Virus record (IMG/VR): IMGVR_UViG_3300046163_000031
Location: 1,639 to 65,638 of that record
Origin: a virus
Lineage: Duplodnaviria > Caudoviricetes
Reading direction: 5' to 3' (one strand)
DNA length: 64,000 nt
The notes under the pieces are model-generated. The model saw nothing but the letters and a program-made list of their open reading frames with translations. It was not told the origin of the DNA and did not search any database. Positions 47,101 to 55,435 of this stretch are shown here, in pieces. The first letter of the stretch is position 1, and every line of letters starts with the position of its first letter. The position numbers and the translations under genes are program-made.

Positions 47101-49274
47101 AATATTATTGTATCAAAATTAACTTGTGCTAAAGTTGCAATAATACACTGTGTTCCTATGCTATTAAAATAAGGATATAATGCACTAGGCGCACTTCCTG
47201 TTTTAATATCAACTGTATAATAATTTCCTTTTGCATAAGCACCTGGATAACCAGCAACGCCATTAGCGTTTACGTCTTCAGGTATTTGTTGTAAATAATA
47301 TAAAGCTAAATTATCACCTTTCCAAGGTTGAACATCATTACTGAAACTAGCTGCTTTATAATCATAAAAATAATTAGAACCAGGCTGAGGATCTCCATTA
47401 GCGTCTAATAATCCATCATAGTTAGATAGTATTATATCTGTTTGTCTACCATATTTATCTGCTAATATAACACCAACTTGATAGTTTCTGTTTTGTTTTA
47501 CGGAATGTTGAGGATATTCAACAAATTGTTGTGCGCTTTTTTCAGTAACATCTACGTAGTAATCTAAACCAACAGGTGCACTATAACCTTCTAAGTAATT
47601 AGAATACATTATTCTATTGCCTGATGTTTCTTGAGCTAATGCTCTAACAGGTACTTTATCATAAACTCTTACTGATTGAGAAGCAGGTAGCGTTCTAATA
47701 GCATGCCTAGATTCGTAAGAATATTGATATATATTTGTATATTTTAAATTAGTTATAAAATTAGCATCAACTTTTATAGTTTCTATAACTTGATAAGCCT
47801 GCATATCAGACTGTTTAAATATTATATCTAAAGATTTTATTTTATATTTATTAATTATATCTACACAAGGTAATTCTATATTCAACACAGCATTGTTTAT
47901 AGAGTTTTGCATAAACTCTACAACAGTAGTTATAAACGCTAGATTTTCATCATCATTAACAAATTGACCATCTTGGTATGGTATAAAAACATCTTGACTA
48001 AAAGGTGAAACAACAGAATACTCGTTGTCATCAAATTTAAATCTATATGCAAACTTGACAAATTTATCTTTAATATAATCAGGATCACCTGTCCAACCAG
48101 TATAACCAGCATCTTTTATAACTCTTACAGAGTAACCATCTATTGTATTTCCATTTGTTTCAACGGTAACATTGTTGCCAGAAGGTGGAACTCTAAAATA
48201 CGAATTGCTACTAGTGTCAGATGCCCAAAACCTAGCTTCAGTTGTTAAGTTTGTAAAACCTAAAGCTGTACTAATAGTTGAATTTCTATATCCACCTGGT
48301 AATGCGCTAAATCCATTTAAATCATTTCCAGGGTTATCCCATAAAAATTGACTTTTATATGGTGAAGATAAAGTACCAGCAATACCAATTATTTGACTAT
48401 ATTCAGTAGCTGTTGGTATTCTATGACCAATTGGTGCTAAACCCCTAGCGTCAAGAACAGCCCATTTATTATATAATAAACCATACGTAACTCCATTACC
48501 ATTGTAGTTAGCGTAGTAACACCATCTACCTTCTTGATTTGTATCAGCATCAGCCCAAGCTGTTTGTGATGTAGCCTCTGGTATAGCGTCACCGTTCTTA
48601 TATCTTTTTACAGCTAGATTAGAACTACTTATAGAATATATACCTAATTCAACCACAGCTGGATCAGCCGCATCAGACATTGTAGAGGGTAATAACACAT
48701 CTATAAAAGGTGGCGCTTGCTCTGAAGCGTTAGCCCTTAAATTTAAAAATTCAGGTGGATTAAGCGGAGCATATTTAGCAACAGATATTTGATCTTCGTT
48801 AAAATAATAACCCAGCGGTTGGTCTACATTTATTTTTCTTGGTTGATTTCTATTATCAGTAAAGAATAATTGGTTTTCAATTAAACTAATACCTTCCATT
48901 CTACTTCCAGAGCAAAAATTTAAAAAACTACCTGATACTAAAACGTTGTTAGTGTTTGTTCTAGTTTGAAGAAAACCAATAGTACAAGTTGCGGTTAAAG
49001 GAGCTTTTATAGCGCAGTTAGTATGGTTTGTTCTAAAATAATAAAGTCTATTATTAGACTCATCAGCATAGGTTCCTATAATACTAAAACCAGTTGTTTC
49101 TCCAACAGCTGTAATATTATTACCTAATATAGATTCAACAGCGCCAACATCACTAGATTCTGATCTAGAAACAGCTATGTTTAAAGCGTCTCTATACTCG
49201 TTATTTGGAATTAATCTTTCATCTAAGTCTTTATTCATTTTAGACTTAATGAAATTATTTTTAGCTTCTGCCAT
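44109..49274 (-). CDS. Large tail stabilization protein with an inserted Fib_succ_major-like domain
   Basis: KMNKDLDERL..NEYRDALN, FFTDNRNQPRKIN, FAYRFKFDDNEYS, GNRIMYSNY, DKYGR. Confidence 0.8.
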   Translation of the reverse strand: MAEAKNNFIKSKMNKDLDERLIPNNEYRDALNIAVSRSESSDVGAVESILGNNITAVGETTGFSIIGTYADESNNRLYYFRTNHTNCAIKAPLTATCTIGFLQTRTNTNNVLVSGSFLNFCSGSRMEGISLIENQLFFTDNRNQPRKINVDQPLGYYFNEDQISVAKYAPLNPPEFLNLRANASEQAPPFIDVLLPSTMSDAADPAVVELGIYSISSSNLAVKRYKNGDAIPEATSQTAWADADTNQEGRWCYYANYNGNGVTYGLLYNKWAVLDARGLAPIGHRIPTATEYSQIIGIAGTLSSPYKSQFLWDNPGNDLNGFSALPGGYRNSTISTALGFTNLTTEARFWASDTSSNSYFRVPPSGNNVTVETNGNTIDGYSVRVIKDAGYTGWTGDPDYIKDKFVKFAYRFKFDDNEYSVVSPFSQDVFIPYQDGQFVNDDENLAFITTVVEFMQNSINNAVLNIELPCVDIINKYKIKSLDIIFKQSDMQAYQVIETIKVDANFITNLKYTNIYQYSYESRHAIRTLPASQSVRVYDKVPVRALAQETSGNRIMYSNYLEGYSAPVGLDYYVDVTEKSAQQFVEYPQHSVKQNRNYQVGVILADKYGRQTDIILSNYDGLLDANGDPQPGSNYFYDYKAASFSNDVQPWKGDNLALYYLQQIPEDVNANGVAGYPGAYAKGNYYTVDIKTGSAPSALYPYFNSIGTQCIIATLAQVNFDTIILYADATNAANTFNVLIDNGNGWVLQSPSSYTISQDGQYTDVDFYPTLTGETTNVTGNPSTSYSIINLTPSSDEPSIGSTVTGTGIATGTTVTSYDSSTGIVTFNLSSNLSNGVTLSFNSGVTLNSTVKFEVLYTAANLYKYTTGTASSTNRPLFPTWPTEYATYYAVGKKLRGLYIDYTEITSVTPISDSGGVRAVEFFTQEEVATNYLFDDTPNTRPEPSIFGQEKTFVTYDINVNGFYGYKFATKQQQQDYYNVYLPGIINGYPIKGETKEQGDTAYSTLITDNINKIPRNLEDVGPLQNQFTSDVSLFGRVTNINTIEDASGVYKTGNRQFDPVPSADQVDLVGTVSDLFPGLIATSTPQPGDVNPEAIYNYNTKPVLFQVSTQKAIGLTEDQYTLPVLGNGNFPYPEDMYLAVYETAPYVSPLEIFYESSTSELVSDLNESLVNENTNITGISSFTSNFPESAQVGTIITTDFFPTAGGVNVVTASLSSYTVYNYFDQLPDTGTLDTTVLQNSKFNIEAGSSVGSFRIVTADRFYAGSSAEVGFFVDWRGKYQFNLTFVQEDGITSTQTLEIDLENVAPVIDRINVNATVVNYDVDIVQPSTSTSTTQQSNKGRNGSAKAYSLGDTTSLTGSTFELTPPNGNAWEVDKITITDLTTAGTTVIPDNGELISDYIQVAAGTQKSVTQQLVIPNTDWLTFVLKGALNSTGGQSNGPMNTANKGYLINLRLTDTLGLTNTSATISYNVGASLFFGQVIATPYLSGIDATGRVTNGNGSDVSNNTLQNPSQGGAPRWTGQIQNWTSNTVYLYVQVTIGSASQQTGQAQAINVRGVYGDGSTTFTDDTGASYGLNLDGAVQSVVISNGTQGNSSTLNQFAMLSPFTASSAGVSQTDFDDAVTAGMRPGGKASNYGLPDCSGSAMIGGGVKLTTQGGSYANNVYAAIIASTSPQSAGNATILANSFGIVYEGPISPPWYEPSGSNDPSINPTITPVPVTT

Positions 49275-49285
49275 TTGTTAATTTT

Positions 49286-49612
49286 TTATTTTTTCCAATT
49301 ACCTTTTCTAGCAAATTCAATCATTTTATTTCTAGCATTTTTACCTTTAAAACTATAAACTTCTTTTCTTTCAACAGCTTGATCGTAAGTTTGGTTAGAC
49401 CAACCACCACTTTCATCTCTATATATAGATGCCCAAGCGCTGTTTTTATTGTCATCAGCCATTAAATGACTAGATGGTTTATGGTTTTTAAATTGAGGCT
49501 TGTCATGAAATTTATAATTACCTTGTTCACCTGTAGTATAAATAGTGTTTCCTCCTCTAGACTTTCTAGCGTGGGCTTTTGGAAATAATTTAGGAAAATT
49601 ATGATGATGCAT
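49286..49612 (-). CDS. Hypothetical basic protein
   Basis: 108-aa ORF. Confidence 0.6.
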   Translation of the reverse strand: MHHHNFPKLFPKAHARKSRGGNTIYTTGEQGNYKFHDKPQFKNHKPSSHLMADDNKNSAWASIYRDESGGWSNQTYDQAVERKEVYSFKGKNARNKMIEFARKGNWKK

Positions 49613-49616
49613 TATT

Positions 49617-50891
49617 TTAGTGTTTAATCCATTTAGATTTACCTCTCATTACTTGTGATATTTCATCAAGTTTTATATTTGACAACCTTATTTTAGTATT
49701 TCTTAATTTAGATATTTTATCTTTTCTTAATCTTTGTACTACATATTCTGGTTGATTTATTCTAGTAGATATTAAAGAATATAGTATAGAAGCATACATA
49801 GCTTCTTCTGCCATTTTAGGAACTCTACTATCTAGATCATAAGCTAATCCATCTGAAATATATTCAAAAACAATTAATCTACCAGCTAAATTGCTTGAAA
49901 AAGAAAGTTTGTTTTCTCTTTCGTTTATATTAAACCAACCATTTCCCTGCGCTGTTTGTGGATCAAGACCATATAGTCTTCCATATCCAAAGCCAAAAAG
50001 ACCTTCCCAGCCATAACCATATTCGGACTGATCAGCTGAATTAGGTATAGCGTTACCATCTAAATCTGTTAAAAGTCTAGAACTAGCAGTGTGCCATCTT
50101 TCTTGAGTTATAGAAGTTCCTTCTAAATCATTTCCAAAATTATCCTGTGTTGGAATACCCTCTGAATCTTGAGCTTGTGTATAATAAGGACTTATAGTTA
50201 AGTTATTTGTTGGGTAAATAATATGTTTAACACCTAAAGCATCAATCCAAGAGCATCTTACATAATTAACATAATCTTGAGGTATAACTAACGTTAAAGA
50301 ATCTGGTATAGTTAGTTCAGCTGATTTAATGCTCTTTAAGGTATCATAACTAAATTCTTGCATAGCTCTTTTTGCAAAAAATATAATATCACTTCTTTTT
50401 GTATTAGGTAGTAATTTGTCTTGACCAACATATCCAACTGAAAAATTGTTTATAATATCATTTAGTTTTATATATTGATAACTACCGTAATTATCTTCTA
50501 CGGTTTGACCATAAGCTTTTTCAGCTTCTGTTTGACCATATTTACCACCGGTTAATATAGTTAACTGCACAACAATATATGCATTGTTGCCTGGGTCAGC
50601 TGTTAATGTTATTGTCTTATTGTTATTACTAAGAACAATTTCTGTAATCCATTCAGACCACGAACCAGCCATGCCGCTAGCACTAGTATATACCTTAAAA
50701 TTATTTAAAGCATAATCAGGACTTGTAGGATTCCAACTTGTAGCACTACCTAAAAACAGTGGTGTGTCAAAGTCTGTTATAAATTGTTGACCACCCACTC
50801 CTACAGCAGCCCCTCTAAAACCTTGAGATCCAGCATAGTATTGCTGGTTATTCTCAGTTATTAGTCCATTATTTTGTGGTTGTATAGCCAT
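49617..50891 (-). CDS. Tail tubular/ring protein
   Basis: AKRAMQEFSYD, PQDYVNYV, EYISDGL; position in tail module. Confidence 0.65.
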   Translation of the reverse strand: MAIQPQNNGLITENNQQYYAGSQGFRGAAVGVGGQQFITDFDTPLFLGSATSWNPTSPDYALNNFKVYTSASGMAGSWSEWITEIVLSNNNKTITLTADPGNNAYIVVQLTILTGGKYGQTEAEKAYGQTVEDNYGSYQYIKLNDIINNFSVGYVGQDKLLPNTKRSDIIFFAKRAMQEFSYDTLKSIKSAELTIPDSLTLVIPQDYVNYVRCSWIDALGVKHIIYPTNNLTISPYYTQAQDSEGIPTQDNFGNDLEGTSITQERWHTASSRLLTDLDGNAIPNSADQSEYGYGWEGLFGFGYGRLYGLDPQTAQGNGWFNINERENKLSFSSNLAGRLIVFEYISDGLAYDLDSRVPKMAEEAMYASILYSLISTRINQPEYVVQRLRKDKISKLRNTKIRLSNIKLDEISQVMRGKSKWIKH

Positions 50892-50897
50892 GTTATG

Positions 50898-51848
50898 TTA
50901 GTTTCTTTCGTTTTGTTTTTCTTGTTGTATTTCAGCTGATGCAGCTTGAATAATCATTGGATCCTTAATAACAACACCCGCATAAAGTAATATTTGAAGT
51001 ATAACATTTGATTGTTCTGTTATGTTTAATTCAAAGTCAACAGATGTATTTGGATCCCAAACATAAGAAAAGCTAGGTCCTGTTGCTGTAAAATTCCATA
51101 CAACGTCAGCAGGTTTTCTTACATATGTAGCTTGAATGTTTCCATTTATTGTTTGAGGATATATTATTATTTGATTATTATTAAATATATAAACAGGAAA
51201 ATAATCACTAGGTTTTGTTATTGTAGATAAATTAAGTAAAGCTAATTCATTTCTTTGAACAGGCTCAACAGCTTTATCATCTTTATATAAAACAGTACCT
51301 AGTTTATAAAAGTTCTGTGGATATAAAGTAATTCTTATAGTACTACCTGTGGCGATTGCGCCAGCAGTTAGTTGTAATGCTCCACCAGTTATAGTAAAGT
51401 TAGTGTAAGGTAAACCAGCCGCACCTGTTGGTGTTTCTAGTGTAACAACTACAGTACTGTCTTCTACTTGAGCTTGTGTTATTGTTGTTAGTGTATATGA
51501 TGTTGCATTTAAAACTGTTGCGAAAACTTGTGTTCCGCTTGCCGCACCTGAAGAAGATGGTGGGCTAAAAAAAGCTGGATTACTACCAACTGGTGCTGTA
51601 TAGGCGCACGTACCTATTTCTTTAAAAGCGTCTAATTTTTCTTGCACGCTTTTATATCTATCAGCGTATTCGCTATCATTTTGTGGCACACGCATTTGTT
51701 GATTTATTGTTTCAAAATAACCATCAACAATTTCTAATTGAACTTGAGTTGCTAATTTGTTAAACTCGTTTGGAGTTAAATAGCCTCTTTGTTCTTTGTT
51801 AATTATTAACAAGACTGTTTTATAGACTTGATCTACGTTTATTGCCAT
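50898..51848 (-). CDS. Head-tail adaptor/ring protein
   Basis: NKEQRGYLTPNEFN...AQ, YVRKP..V.W; position. Confidence 0.6.
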   Translation of the reverse strand: MAINVDQVYKTVLLIINKEQRGYLTPNEFNKLATQVQLEIVDGYFETINQQMRVPQNDSEYADRYKSVQEKLDAFKEIGTCAYTAPVGSNPAFFSPPSSSGAASGTQVFATVLNATSYTLTTITQAQVEDSTVVVTLETPTGAAGLPYTNFTITGGALQLTAGAIATGSTIRITLYPQNFYKLGTVLYKDDKAVEPVQRNELALLNLSTITKPSDYFPVYIFNNNQIIIYPQTINGNIQATYVRKPADVVWNFTATGPSFSYVWDPNTSVDFELNITEQSNVILQILLYAGVVIKDPMIIQAASAEIQQEKQNERN

Positions 51849-51870
51849 TTTTTATTTTTATTATAATATT

Positions 51871-51890
51871 GGGCCCGAGTAAACGAGCCC
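51871..51890 (-). other. GC-rich intergenic hairpin downstream of a late motif
   Basis: Minus strand GGGCTCG-TTTACT-CGGGCCC. Confidence 0.55.
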
Positions 51891-51907
51891 TATATTAGTA
51901 TTACATG

Positions 51908-52662
51908 TTATTTAAACTTTTTCTCGATAGATTTAAATATTTCTACACCTTCGTCTGTTTTGAAGAAAGCAGCCATAGCTGAATAAGGATTTTCATCAAA
52001 AGGAACAGTCATTAGTTTCTTTTTATTACTAGCCCACGTAAAAAATCTTTGATCTGGAGATAAACTAATTATACCAGCCTCTGAAGCTTTTATAGCAAAG
52101 TTTCTTAATTGTACATTTTCATCATTAACTAGCTCTATAAAGAGTTGTGGATTTGATCTAGCAAATATTAACAAATCTCTTTTAAGTTCTTAGAACCCAT
52201 CGTAGATACCTTAGATCCAATTTCAACCCTTAGTATAGCCTCTGCCTGATCTATATCTATATCTTTAGCGTAAGTCATTGCAGCTACTTGTAATTCAAGT
52301 AAACCTAATTCGTCAGTTGCTTCTTGTACAGCGTTAAACTCGTCATAAGACTTTAATCTTGAAGGGTGATATAATGATAATAGTTTTTGTAAATTTTGTT
52401 TTTCTTTTGGAACAAATAAAACACCGTCTTGAAAGACAATGTGACCCAATGTTACCTCACCTTTTTGATCTTCTACAAAAGGAGAATCTTGGTTTGTTGC
52501 GTATCTTAATTCTTTTTGTTTACCTGATTCTTCATCAAAATAAAGAAGCGAGTGCTTTCTTGTGTGTTTAGAAGGAATTGTAAACGTTAATGGTTCCATG
52601 TTATTTCTTAGAGTATATCTTCTATCTCTAATTTCCCAATTACTTGATGTTTCTTTTTTCAT
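51908..52662 (-). CDS. Capsid-associated protein of about 250 aa, split by a 1-nt frameshift
   Basis: Adding one base near 52190 joins MGSK to ELKRDLLIFARSNP and fuses the two track ORFs. Confidence 0.65.
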
Positions 52663-52698
52663 AATATAATATAATTAAATAATTTATAAAAGTAATAA

Positions 52699-52725
52699 TT
52701 ACCCCCGTTAATATAACGAGGGTAA
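52699..52725 (-). terminator. Hairpin terminator after the major capsid gene
   Basis: Minus strand TTACCCTCGTTA-TAT-TAACGGGGGTAA then TTATTACTTTT. Confidence 0.7.
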
Positions 52726-52747
52726 GAATTACATTAATTTTGGATTT

Positions 52748-54187
52748 TTATAATCCTTTGAACAATACAAAGTTGTTAGCAGCTTGTACAACTAAACATC
52801 TTTCAGATAGGAAGTTAACTTCCATAGCATCAAGATCAGATGTAAATGCACCACCAGCAGAACCAGTTAACCAAGACTTCATACGTCTGTCATCTCCTTG
52901 AGATGCTCTGTAACGCACGTGTAAGAATGGTCTTCTAATGTTTGTTCCTAAGATTTGATCATAAACTGTAGAAGTTCCAGCAGGAATTAATACACCTTCA
53001 ATAGAAGAAGGTCCTACCATAGCACCTCTTGTAGAAGCATCATTTAGGTATTTCCAATCAGTCTTATAAAAGTCGTAAGATCCTCTACGGAATCCGCTAA
53101 ACCCTAAGTTTAAAGCCATTTCTTCAGAATTTTCAAATAGTCCAAAAGCAGTACCTCCAGCGTATCCACCAGAAATAGAAGCTAACATATCATCAAAATC
53201 CAAAGCTGTTTGTCTTTGTAAGAATAACATGTTTTCTTCAATTGCTCCTTGAGTATCTAAATTTTTCAAAATAGCATCAAATGCATCAATTCCAGCAGCA
53301 GCAGTAAATCCTGTTTGCACATTACCTCTTGCAGTAACAGCAGCAAAAAGACCTTGCGTACCATTTGCAGCAGCAATTGCTCCAGATCCAGCAGCAGCGA
53401 TCTCACCTTCTACTAATGACATTTCTAAGTAATCTTCGAAACGTAATCTAGTTTCAGACTCAGCTTTTAAATACCATAAGTATCCAGAAGTTCCGTCTTC
53501 AGTAGCAACTTCAACCCAACCGATTTGTGCCATATCAGATCCATTTACAACGTATTTGTTTCTGATAATGATAGGTGAGTTAGAAAATTGAGTAAATTGT
53601 GGGTCAACACTGATATAACCAGTTGGTTGAGTAGCAGCATTAAAGTTTGGAGTACTAGATCCTTTTGCATATTCAGAACCGTATACAAATACTTTAACTT
53701 GACCTACTAATCCAGCAGCAGCAATTGTAGCAGCCGTGTAAGGTAAAGCAGTAATTGATCCGACACCAGCAGCGCCTGGAGTAGAAGCACTAACGTAGCA
53801 CTTTACTTCAGCTCCAAAGTCGTCCATTACCACAACAGTAGCTCCAACTGATATAACATTTGTTACGCTAGCAGGAGTTCCTATCCAGTTAATAACATTA
53901 GCACCAGCTAAAGTAAGATTGTCATAAGCAATGTGTAATCTATTTTGTTCAGACCAAATTACTTGATCAGAAGTCATTGGCATTTCAGCGCCAACCATTC
54001 TTAAAAAGCCAGATAACGTTCTGTTTCCATAACGCTCTACTTCTTGTTCGTATACTTCAGGTAGATATTGTTGTGCAAAATCTACGAAGTTAGCACCTGC
54101 AGCATCGTTCCATTGTAGGTAGTTGCTGTTTAATACTTCCTGTGCTTGAGATGGGACTAAATTCCCAAATTGAGGTTGTAAACTCAT
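52748..54187 (-). CDS. Major capsid protein
   Basis: 479 aa after portal and scaffold, biased codon usage, downstream hairpin; E...EMSL..GE...GT.GLF pattern. Confidence 0.8.
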   Translation of the reverse strand: MSLQPQFGNLVPSQAQEVLNSNYLQWNDAAGANFVDFAQQYLPEVYEQEVERYGNRTLSGFLRMVGAEMPMTSDQVIWSEQNRLHIAYDNLTLAGANVINWIGTPASVTNVISVGATVVVMDDFGAEVKCYVSASTPGAAGVGSITALPYTAATIAAAGLVGQVKVFVYGSEYAKGSSTPNFNAATQPTGYISVDPQFTQFSNSPIIIRNKYVVNGSDMAQIGWVEVATEDGTSGYLWYLKAESETRLRFEDYLEMSLVEGEIAAAGSGAIAAANGTQGLFAAVTARGNVQTGFTAAAGIDAFDAILKNLDTQGAIEENMLFLQRQTALDFDDMLASISGGYAGGTAFGLFENSEEMALNLGFSGFRRGSYDFYKTDWKYLNDASTRGAMVGPSSIEGVLIPAGTSTVYDQILGTNIRRPFLHVRYRASQGDDRRMKSWLTGSAGGAFTSDLDAMEVNFLSERCLVVQAANNFVLFKGL

Positions 54188-54202
54188 AATTTTTAAATTG
54201 TT

Positions 54203-55405
54203 TTAGTTAAATTTTTTTGTTTTAATTTTTAGTTTTGAAGAATCAGCACCACTTATTGCTTTAATTTTCATACCATTAACAAAAACACTTCCACTGTTAT
54301 TACCACCTTCTTTTCTTGTTTCTGTAGTAATATTTTTAGACTTAGCTACAACGTCTTTAACAGCGTCTGCTTTGCCTTGTTCATAAAAGTGTTGAGCTAT
54401 AGTATCTGCATTTCTAGCAGCATACATGGCTTTGTGATAACCTTTTGGATCTTTTAAACTACCGTCATCTGCTAAGAACTTCGTAACAAAATTTGTTAAG
54501 TCTAATTGATTTTCAACTACTTCGTTAGGGTTTTTAACACCGTATCTAAAGCTTTTTTCTCCTAAATTAAAATCGAAACCTTCGAATTCTTTATTAAAAG
54601 TATCTTTAGTTATGCGCTCAAACTCTTCACGTTGTTTAAGTCTCACTTTTTCATCTTCATTATATCGGTTAAAAAAATCTACAGCTTTTTGTTGGTCTGG
54701 AGTAGAAGATGATTTCAACTTGATTTCATCATAATATTTATCTTTAAGACCATTTAAAAAAGTTTTAGCTTTTCCAACTTCTTCTTTATACGCAAGTTTC
54801 TTTTTTCTAATCTCGCGTTCTTCGTCCACTTGTTCGTCATATTTAAAATTATCTTCTAAAAGAAAATTAACTTCATCATACTCTAAATGTGGACGTGTAT
54901 TTTTATAATATTCTCTAAGTAAAGTGGCATTATCAACATTTGAATAGTCAGCGTTTAACCTAACATAATCTTCAATAGTTGAACCAGGTACTTCTTGCAT
55001 GAAGGAAACTAGCTTCTCAATGTTTTCAGGTAGTTTTTTACCTAACACTTCTTGATCTCTAATAGCTTCTTTTACCTCTGTTTTTACTTTTTTTATTTCT
55101 TCTTCGGATCTTGGTATTTCTTTAATAACATTTTCAGTGGCCCCTTTGTCTCCTTGTCCCACATCTTGCAGTTCCACCTTGGATCCCTCTTCGCGTAACA
55201 CGCTTTCCTCTGAGCTTTGCTTTTGAATGGCATCTTCTTTGTTTTTTTGTGTTAAATCTACTTTAATAGGTTCTTCTTTTTTAATTGCAGCAAGATCCAT
55301 TTTAATAGTTTCTTCTGGTACAATTAATTTTTTAGGCACTTTCTTTTTAACTTTAAAGTCACCTTCCTGTTTAACAGGTTTTTTTACTTCTGTTTCTTTT
55401 GACAT
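54203..55405 (-). CDS. Capsid scaffolding protein
   Basis: E/K-rich, between portal and capsid, YEQGKADAVK. Confidence 0.65.
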   Translation of the reverse strand: MSKETEVKKPVKQEGDFKVKKKVPKKLIVPEETIKMDLAAIKKEEPIKVDLTQKNKEDAIQKQSSEESVLREEGSKVELQDVGQGDKGATENVIKEIPRSEEEIKKVKTEVKEAIRDQEVLGKKLPENIEKLVSFMQEVPGSTIEDYVRLNADYSNVDNATLLREYYKNTRPHLEYDEVNFLLEDNFKYDEQVDEEREIRKKKLAYKEEVGKAKTFLNGLKDKYYDEIKLKSSSTPDQQKAVDFFNRYNEDEKVRLKQREEFERITKDTFNKEFEGFDFNLGEKSFRYGVKNPNEVVENQLDLTNFVTKFLADDGSLKDPKGYHKAMYAARNADTIAQHFYEQGKADAVKDVVAKSKNITTETRKEGGNNSGSVFVNGMKIKAISGADSSKLKIKTKKFN

Positions 55406-55435
55406 AATATAATATAATTAAAAATTTATAATTCT

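Noticed and set aside
48110-48655. Diversity-generating retroelement
   Set aside because: No reverse transcriptase or template repeat seen in the window
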